DNA of 64,000 bases, taken from Macrostomum lignano. Its lineage: Eukaryota. The DNA lies in the NCBI GenBank assembly GCA_002269645.1, contig NIVC01001690.1, positions 185,368 to 249,367 on the forward strand, in the 5' to 3' direction. How positions within the stretch are numbered: the stretch's first letter is position 1; each line of letters opens with the position of its first letter. Made by a program: the position numbers and the translations under genes. The notes under the pieces are model-generated. The model was not told the DNA's origin. It saw nothing but the letters and a program-made list of their open reading frames with translations, and searched no databases. Below, piece by piece: positions 47,412 through 64,000 of this stretch.

Positions 47412-50400
47412 TGTTGTGTTGCCTACTCTATGCGTGTGCGTAATTGTATGTACGTTCGATGTACACCTGTTAGCTATCGATCGAGAGGCTCTGCTCGAAG
47501 TGTGGAGGCGGACACAACAGCCGGACTCGCTGTCCAGCTGAAGGCAAGATGTGTCATGTCTGCGATCGGGCGAACCATTTCGGCCGGGTTTGCCGGTCGC
47601 AGGGAGCCAAGGTCGCCGAGGTCGTGGACGATAGCGACCACGCCGCGTACACAGTTTGCGGCGCTGCCAGCCCTGACATCCGCTGCCGGCTAAAGGTACA
47701 GGGCAACCTGGCTGAATCTGCTCGTGGACTCGGGAGCCAAGATGTCCATCCTGTCGGAAAGGACCTTCAGAAAGCTCGGAAACCGCATCGACCAAGAAGC
47801 TTATCGCGTACAACGGCGAGGCGATCGGTATAGTGGGCGAGGCAGTGCTGTCCGTCAACTACCGAGACCAGCAGGTGCTGTTTTTCTGCTTCACCGTGGT
47901 GCAACAAGGCTCCGATATCATGGGCGCGGATTTGATGCAGCACTTCAGCTTCCAGGTGGTGGACAGGGACGGCGACCTGTTGCGCACAGTCGATAAAACA
48001 GCAGAGCTGCCGACCTGGCTTCCCGAGCGCTTCAAGCCTCGCAGGGGCTCGGGCGGATCCGAGGATTCGAGCACCGGCCCAGGCTGAACCCGGCCGTGCC
48101 TCCGGTAGCGCAGCCGCTCCGCCGTATTCCACTCAGCATTAAGGACAAGGTCCAGGCGGAGATCGACCAGCTGTTGGCAGACGACATCGTCGAGGAGATT
48201 CAAGCTTCCGAGTGGATTTCGAACCTGGTGTTCGTCCCGAAGCCCGAAGGTAAAATCAGAATCTGCAACGACCTCAGGTTCCAAACAAGGCTATAGTGCC
48301 GGATAAGCAGCCGCTGCCAACTTTCGCGGAGCTGACGACGGAGTTTAAGGGGTCGACCGTGTTCACTAAGCTCGATTTGAACTCGTCGTACTTGCAGCTG
48401 GAACTGGTGGAAGACCGGCGGGACCTAACGGCCTTCATCAAGGGGAAAGGCCTGTACCGGTACAAGCGCGTCTGCTACGGCCGTAACGGCGCTCCAGCAG
48501 CCTTTCAGAAGGTGCTTAGTAAGATTCTCCACGGCGGTTTGGGGACGCTGTACTACATTGATGATTTCGTGGTGCATGCTGCCAACGAGACGGAGCACCG
48601 GCGGCGGCTCACGGCAGTCCTGGACCGGCTGCTCGCCCATGGCGTTACGCTCAACACCGCCAAGTGCCAGTGGGCTACAGAGTCCGTGCAGTTTCTGGGC
48701 CACATCGTCTCGGCGAGAGGCCTTCAGCCGAATGCAGTGACGCGGCGTTCGCAAGCCAGTCGCTATCGCGTCGAGGACCCTGTCGGCGACCGAGCGCAAG
48801 TACTCCGCGTCAGAAAGAGAGGCGCTCGCATGCATCTTCGCCTGCGAGCGTTGGCACTAATTCCTGTTCGGCCGGAGATTCGAACTGCACACCGACCACC
48901 AGGCTCTGACGACGCTGCTGACGGCTCAGGGCAGCGGCCACCGACCTTTGCAGCTGCACCGATAGGCCGACCGCCTGCTCGCGTACGAATTCCAAGTGTG
49001 CCACGTTCCCGGTAAGAAGAACGTCGTGCCCGACATTTTGTCACGCGATGGCGCTTTCGGAGAAGATTGCGCTGAAGATCCGACCGAGCACCAGGTGAAC
49101 GCCGTATTGTTATTGGGCGCGCTGGAGGTTGTCAGCGCAAGCGAGCTGGCCGAGGCATCCCTGAAGGACCCGGTAATAAACGAAGTGATAACCCTGTCGC
49201 TCCAGGGGTGGCCGAGCTCCATCAAGCATCTGCGGTCGGAGTTGCAGCCGTTCTGGAGGATCCGAATGCAGCTGACGGCCTGGAATGACGGCAAGTGCCT
49301 GGCCAACGGCACTCGAGCGGTGATCCCCGCATCCCTGAGGGAGAAGACGCTGCAGCTGGCACACTTCGGGCACCTCGGCGTGAGCAGAATGAAGCAGCAC
49401 TGTCAGGATGCCGTCTGGTGGCCGCAAATCGACCAGCACATCGAGCAGTTCGTGCGGCACTGCGAAGCCTGTCTGCTAAGCGAGAAGAACTTCAAGCCAT
49501 CCAAGACGGTTCTGACCCCGACGAAGTGGCCGACGCGTTCATGGGAGGAGCTCCAGCGAGATATCTTCGGGGAGCTGCACTCGGCTCCGAACTCCTGCCG
49601 CTTCACCCTGGTGCTGTACGACTTGCACTCAAAGTGGCCGGAGGCTGCCTGCATGTCAACCATCACAAGCGCTGAGGTCATCGACGCCTTGACAACGTGG
49701 TTTAGTCGTTGGGGTCTGCCGAAGAGTATCAACACAGATGGAGGCCCTCAGTTCGTGTCCGGTCATTTCGAGGATTTTCTCCGGCATCGGCAGTATCGGC
49801 AGCATCGGCAGTTCTCTGGCATATCCAGCATCGGCAGTCGCCGCACTACCACCCTCAGGGCAACGCGGCAGTGGAGCGTTTCAACCGGTTTCTCAAGGAC
49901 GGCCTCAAGACGCACTTGGAGGAGGGCTATGACTTCAAGGACGCGGTGAAGGCACTGCTGTGGTCGTACAGAGCCACCCCGCATGCATTGACTGGAGTGT
50001 CGCCGGCGGAGCTGATGACAGGCCGGGAGATCAGCACTCCCCTGACAGCCTTACAGCCAAGGACGGCAGCGCGGCACAGACTGGCGGCCGGCATCAAGCG
50101 GAAACAGCAGCGAGTTTTCAACCAGCTCAACTCGACCAGGAGACCCATGGTCGGCGACTGGGTGCGGGTGAAGTGGCCGTTCGCCCGCGGCAAGCTAAGC
50201 AGCCGCCTGTGAAATCTCCCGGATCGCGAGCGCCACCACCGTCATCCTCGATGATGGCTCCCGTTGGCAAGTCGACAATTGCGTTCGAGTGCCGCGGCCC
50301 GTCGGAGCGCTGCCACACTGGCCAGCGACGGCTTCCAGCGCAGCTGTGACTCCGGCGGCGGCGGCGGCGGAGGCGGCAGAGCCAGCGCGGCCACAACAGC

Positions 50401-50841
50401 CGGCCCAGACTGCAGTTCGAGGGAGCACGAGGATGCGAGCGCCCCCACAGTGGTACGGGGAAATTGTGACGCACTAACTGATTTATTAATGACTGTTAAC
50501 TGACATTCTCACGAGCGCTGTGTATTTGAAGCCAAATTAGTTGTTCTCAGATTAATATTGCGATTTATTGCTCAGCGAACTACTCAGTATGATGATCTGC
50601 TTTTATTCCTTGTTCAATATTTCGACCAATTCGGATTTCGTGATTCCGCTCATCGGAAGGGAAGGTGAATGTTGTGTTGCTACTCTATGCGTGTGCGTAA
50701 TTGTGTGTACGTTCGATATACACCTGTTAGCTATCGATCGCATTACAATGTATGATAAATAAGTAAGAGCGCGGTGAGTTTGAGAGCTTGAGAGTTTCGC
50801 CTACAAACTTGCACACTGGCTGGCTTATTCATTATACAACA
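47412..50841 (+). mobile_element. Degenerate Ty3/Gypsy LTR retrotransposon (3.4 kb)
   Basis: 3' LTR 50670-50841 (TGTTGT..ACAACA) preceded by PPT ggaagggaaggtgaa; 5' LTR remnant 47412-47483; 5-bp TSD CTATC (47407-47411, 50842-50846); gag CCHC knuckle (CHVCDRANHFGRVC), protease DSG, RT YIDD, RNase H C-terminal half with stops, integrase HHCC and D-D-E in Gypsy order; several frameshifts. Confidence 0.93.
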
Positions 50842-50849
50842 CTATCCTC

Positions 50850-51150
50850 GTGTATTTGGGTATTCATTCGCGCGTTATTGGGTATTAATTCCTCGTGTCT
50901 TTTGGTATTAATTCCCCGTGTCTTTGGGCATTCATTCCCAGTGTCTGTGGGTATTAATTCCCCGTGTCTTTGGGAATTCATTCCCCGTGTCTTTTGGTAT
51001 TAATTCCTCGTGTCTTTGGGTATTCATTACCCGTGTCTTTGGGTACTCATTACCCGTGTCTTTAGGTACTCATTACCCGTTTCATGGGTATTCATTTCCC
51101 ATGTATTTGGGTATTCACTTCCCATGTATTTGGGTATTCACCCCCCGTGT
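50850..51150. repeat. ~22-nt degenerate minisatellite (cccgtgtctttgggtattaatt); continues left of the LTR element at ~47365-47400
   Basis: Same unit on both sides of the LTR insertion. Confidence 0.8.
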
Positions 51151-51539
51151 AGATCGCCAAGAAACAGAATGCTAATAGACAAGGCGGTCCCGAATTCCCT
51201 GCAGGCCACCAGTGACCACTGCAGACACGGGGCGGCTCAGAAGCTGTGTGTCGCCAGCAAACTGAAAGAGAATAACGGAATGGAGAAGGGATAAATTAGG
51301 CACAGCTTAATCAGCGGAGCAGTAAATATAGTAACTGAATTGGATAACGTTTCATTTTGTGTCGAAAAGCCACAGGATTAATTGCACTTGAGAACACACT
51401 TTAATATGGGAAAATTTTGAATGCAATATTTAGCCCAGCAACAAAATAGGTACGAGTATAGTATGTATTTTTTATACGCATATTGGTGTGTGCTTTCCTG
51501 GAAATGGAGATGTGCAACTTTTCCCATTCCAGTCGGCCT

Positions 51540-52260
51540 ATTCTAGAGGTCCATGGCTGCAAACCGAGAGTTCCCCCAGTCCAGACGGGCCTATTCAAGA
51601 AGTCCATGGCTGCAAACCGAGAGCTCCCCCAGTCCAGACGGGCCTATTCAAGAAGTCCATGGCTGCAAACCGAGAGCTCCCCCAGTCCAGACGGGCCTAT
51701 TCAAGAAGTCCATGGCTGCAAACCGAGAGTTTCCCCCAGTCCAGACGGCCTATTCAAGAAGTCCGTGGCTGCAAACCGAGAGTTCCCCCAGTCCAGACAG
51801 GCCTATTCAAGAAGTCCATGGCTGCAAACCGAGAGCTCCCCCAGTCCAGACGGGCCTATTCAAGAAGTCCATGGCTGCAAACCGAGAGCTCCCCCAGTCC
51901 AGACGGGCCTATTCAAGAAGTCCATGGCTGCAAACCGAGAGTTTCCCCCAGTCCAGACGGCCTATTCCAGAAGTCCATGACTGCAAACCGAGAGTTCCCC
52001 CAGTCCAGACGGCCTATTCCAGAAGTCCATGACTGCAAACCGAGAGTTTCCCCCAGTCCAGACGGCCTATTCCAGAAGTCCATGACTGCAAACCGAGAGT
52101 TTCCCCCAGTCCAGACGGCCTATTCCAGAAGTCCATGACTGCAAACCGAGAATTTCCCCCAGTCCAGATGGCCTATTCCAGAAGTCCATGACTGCAAACC
52201 GAGAGTTTCCCCCAGTCCAGACGGCCTATTCCAGAAGTTCATGGCTGCAAACCGACTCCC
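51540..52260. repeat. 53-nt satellite, ~13 copies
   Basis: ccatggctgc recurs at 51551, 51604 and 51657 (period 53). Confidence 0.95.
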
Positions 52261-52575
52261 ACAAAGTGACGAACTGTCTCCTGCCAGCAACCGCGAGGCC
52301 GTTCTGGGTGGGCAGGGGGGGGGGGTCGGTCATGCCGCTGTCCCCGGGGAAATGAACCGAATCTCGAGGCTGAGAGCCGATGAAGCGAACGGGAGGGGGG
52401 CAAGTGGCTCACCCCGCTAGCCCCTCCTCGAACCAAACTAAAAAATGCTGTTTTCAGTAGATGACAGCAATTCGAGTTATCGGGGGTCTTCACACGCGAA
52501 TCGGCTGTTGTGCCAGCCCCTTTAGTGCACTTTCGTTCCCGGAGCATTGCGGCAATTTCAATTTCGATCGACGCA

Positions 52576-52582
52576 TATAAAA
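52576..52582 (+). promoter_or_regulatory. Candidate TATA box of the single-pass membrane protein gene
   Basis: TATAAAA ~30-35 nt upstream of an Inr-like TCATTT (52611) and ~70 nt upstream of ATG 52649. Confidence 0.4.
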
Positions 52583-52648
52583 GGGTGAATATCCAGTCCG
52601 GAAGCAGACTTCATTTTCGCTTTGCATTCCAATTTGAGAAGCTGAGAG

Positions 52649-53223
52649 ATGCTGTCTGAAGTTGTCACCGAGCCGACGGTGCAGCAGCAGCCGCCACAGC
52701 TGCATTCGCCGCCTCGATGGCCGGTGAGTCGGCGACTTCCTCAGCCGCCGCCGCAGCCGCACTCGCCAATCCAGCTGCCGCCGTCGAATTCCGCGGCATC
52801 GCCGTCGGGTTCTTCGACCAAGACGTCTGACTTTTTCTGGCCACTGCTGCCGCTGCTGCTGCTGCTGTGCGCGCTGCTGTTCGTCATGCTGGCGGCCGCG
52901 GTCGTGGCGGCCCTCTCGAAACGGCGGTCTCGGCGAGGCAGCGCCGGCGTCGACGACGACTCCTGGAGCTCCAGCTGGAGGCTGAGGAGGCACCGGCACT
53001 TCCAGCGCCGGCGAACGGGTGGGCGGTGCAGCTCCAGCGAGGATGAGATCGAGATGGCCGCCGCCCTGGCCGGCTGGGGCGACTCCTACGATTATAGTGA
53101 TGAGGATGAGGACGACTTTGATGAGGCTCAGGAGACTGGAGCCTGGATTTCGGACTCGGCTGTTGATGGCGAAGCTGCGGAGTCCGAACTGAGTAACGGC
53201 TTCTCAGGTGGGTAGATCAACCG

Positions 53224-53261
<38 letters not shown>

Positions 53262-53331
53262 TAATCAAACAATCAATCAATCACTCACTCACTCACTTAA
53301 TCAATTAATCTATTTATCTATCTATCTATCG

Positions 53332-53362
<31 letters not shown>

Positions 53363-53483
53363 AATCAATCAATCACTCATTCACTCACTAACTCACTCAC
53401 TCACTCACTCACTCACTCACTCACTCACTCACTCACTCACTCACTCACTTACTCACTCACTCACTCACTCACTCACTCACTCA

Positions 53484-53516
<33 letters not shown>

Positions 53517-53988
53517 CTCATTCACTCACTCACTCACTCACTCACTCACTCACTCACTCACTCACTCACTCACTCACTCACTCACTCACTCACTCACTCA
53601 CTCACTCAATTAATCAATCACTCACTCACTTAATCAATTAATCTATCCATCTATCTATCTATCTATCTATCAATCAATCAATCACTCATTTACTCACTCA
53701 CTCACTCACTCACTCACTCACTCACTCACTCACTCACTCACTCACTCACTCACTCACTCACTCACTCACTCACTCACTCACTCACTCACTCACTCACTCA
53801 CTCACTCACTCACTCAATCAATCAATCACTCAGTCAATCAATCGGTACGTAAGTAAAGCAATTAAATATCAATCAAGATATCTTCATGCATTACCCTGCC
53901 AGATACCGAGTCCGAGCCTAAGAGTGAAGTGACGCATGACGAGCGTTCGGAGACATCAAATCGGAGTGACCATGTGACTGCCTGCTGA
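52649..53988 (+). CDS. Hypothetical single-pass membrane protein (Pro-rich N-terminus, one TM, basic stop-transfer, acidic tail), 2 exons
   Basis: Exon 52649-53207 (TM FFWPLLPLLLLLCALLFVMLAAAVVAAL followed by KRRSRR), GT-AG phase-1 intron, exon 53903-53988 ending HVTAC-stop. Confidence 0.65.
53220..53850. repeat. Intronic compound (TCAA)n/(TCTA)n/(TCAC)n microsatellite
   Basis: Direct inspection. Confidence 0.95.
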
Positions 53989-54039
53989 GCCAATTCGGTT
54001 ATCAACATTTTTCCTCTGCATCATCGTCATCAGATGTTA

Positions 54040-54550
54040 GAGGCCTGGATGACCGGAAGTCAGAGGCCTGGATGTCTGGAAGTTGAAGGTCTAGATGACT
54101 TGAAGATAAAAGCCTGGATAACCGGAAGTCCAAAGCCTGGAGGACCGAAAGTCCGAAGCCTAGATACCGGAAGTCAGAGACTTGGATGACCGAAAGTCCG
54201 AAGCCTAGATACCGGAAGTCAGAGACTTGGATGACCGAAAGTCCCAAGGCCTGTACGACCGGAAGTCGGAGGCCTGGATGACTGGAAGTCGGAGGCCTGG
54301 ATGACCGGAAGTCGGAGGCCTGGATGACCGGAAGTCGGAGGCCTGGATGACCGGAAGTCGGAGGCCTGGACGACCGGAAGTCGGAGGCCTGGATGACCGG
54401 AAGTCGAAGGCCTGGATGACCGGAAGTCGGAGGCCTGGATGACCGGAAGTCGGAGGCCTGGATGACCGGAAGTCGGAGGCCTGGATGACCGGAAGTCGGA
54501 GGCCTGGATGACCGGAAGTCGGAGGCCTGGATGACCGGAAGTCAAAGGAC
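54040..54550. repeat. 23-nt minisatellite (ggaggcctggatgaccggaagtc)
   Basis: Direct inspection. Confidence 0.9.
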
Positions 54551-55129
54551 TGAAGTGCGCTATCAGCTTATCATTTGAATATGCCCGTACTTTTTGTAGC
54601 TATCAAAATGCATAAAGATATTTCAAAAATAAAATATCGCTTTCGAACTGCTGACTATACTACCATTGAGTAGTATATTTTTTGGACAATGCAGAAGAAA
54701 TGTTTATTTGTCGAACCAAAGCCGCTAGTGCAAAGCTTCTTATCACCCAAACTAATCTCTGGTCAGTCCCGTATGGAAACCTAAGAGCATTGCAATAAAT
54801 ATGAACTGCAATAACGGACAGGAAGATAAATCAAGAAGAGGCCAAGCCAAACAAGAGACTTTTTTTATAGCGCCTGAAGATCGGTCCAAATTTTTTAACA
54901 CGGGCTGTCAGATCTGCTTTTGTGCACTTGAAGCAGCTGGGCCGGCCATCATGCAAAGCTTTAGGCCGTGATTGCAGCTCTTTTGGATATATTGTCAGCT
55001 CAATCTAACGCATGATCGTAAAATCAAACAGCTCTTGGACAGTCCTTTGACAATAAAAACTTCGGCTTATCAATATCATCGGCCTTTTTCCGTTATATTG
55101 CCTTAGCTGTCCTGGGTTGCTGGTCTTTA

Positions 55130-55690
<561 letters not shown>

Positions 55691-55995
55691 GTTTATCTTA
55701 TTCTCTCCCCGGCCGCTATCTACTTCTCTAATCCATCTACACGAACTTCATTGTCCCTTCATTTCTCCTGCCTGCCAAACTTCCAAAAAATCCCAGCAAC
55801 AATTTACCTCAGGTCTGCCATTGGGCCGCCCAGTTGTAGCCAATGGTGACTGGCCTCAAAGCTGTCAATCACATTGGCTGCGGGTTTGACACCGCAGAAA
55901 GCATCAAATAAATACAACCTCAAAAATTCGAGTGAAATGTAAAAATCGAAAGACAGGAAAAAAACTCCATCAAGCCCTTCTTACATCGCTTCAAC

Positions 55996-63644
<7,649 letters not shown>

Positions 63645-63649
<5 letters not shown>

Positions 63650-64000
63650 GTGAGTCTGTGTGAATTCCTGCAGTGAGTCTGGTGAATTACTGCAGTGAGT
63701 CTGTGTGAATTCCTGCAGTGAGTCTGTGTGAATGCCTGCAGTGAGTCTGTGTGAATTCCTGCAGTGAGTCTGTGTGAATGCCTGCAGTGAGTCTGTGTGA
63801 ATTCCTGCAGTGAGTCTGTGTGAATTCCTGCAGTGAGTCTGTGTGAATGCCTGCAGTGGTCTGTGTGAATTCCTGCAGTGAGTCTGTGTGAATGCCTGCA
63901 GTGAGTCTGTGTGAATTACTGCAGTGAGTCTGTGTGAATTCCTGCAGTGAGTCTGTGTGAATGCCTGCAGTGAGTCTGTGTGAATTCCTGCAGTGAGTCT
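63645..64000. repeat. 23-nt minisatellite (gcagtgagtctgtgtgaattcct); every unit contains the exon-4 splice donor
   Basis: Direct inspection; runs off the window end. Confidence 0.95.

Noticed and set aside
51540-52260. 53-nt (and 54-nt at 28010-28730) regular arrays as possible CRISPR
   Set aside because: Units are contiguous with no unique spacers, there are no cas genes, and the context is eukaryotic

Overview
Eukaryotic (animal) genomic DNA: GC-rich exons separated by introns that are nearly all filled with unrelated mini/microsatellites. This style plus the gene content is most consistent with a free-living flatworm such as Macrostomum (inference, not proven). Genes reconstructed by hand from splice sites: a secreted CUB + 9x LDLa protein (-), a tetraspanin with a long C-tail (-), two tandem bestrophin paralogs (-) flanking an intronless ER cyclophilin B (+) and an orphan 244-aa ORF (-), an inward-rectifier K+ channel (+), an orphan rhodopsin-type GPCR (-), an orphan single-pass membrane protein (+) and the 5' part of a Ryk/Derailed WIF-domain receptor (+). 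Mobile elements identified from their termini: a P-superfamily element encoding only a THAP domain (8-bp TSD) plus a related MITE, two hAT-type non-autonomous elements carrying satellite/low-complexity cargo, a deleted Tc1/mariner element, a young tRNA-derived SINE, and a deleted Ty3/Gypsy LTR element. Most long ORFs in the supplied track are artefacts of tandem repeats. There is no CRISPR or prokaryote-type system. The most interesting items are: bestrophins with rewired gate residues (Arg at the aperture, RFG for RFP, de-acidified Ca2+ clasp); a single tetraspanin exon bracketed by inverted copies of one minisatellite; minisatellites built from splice donors; the THAP-only P element; a decayed 28S rRNA R2-target fragment; and five same-direction frameshifts in four genes (assembly error or a decaying duplicate). 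Repeat boundaries are approximate; exon boundaries were read from the sequence.
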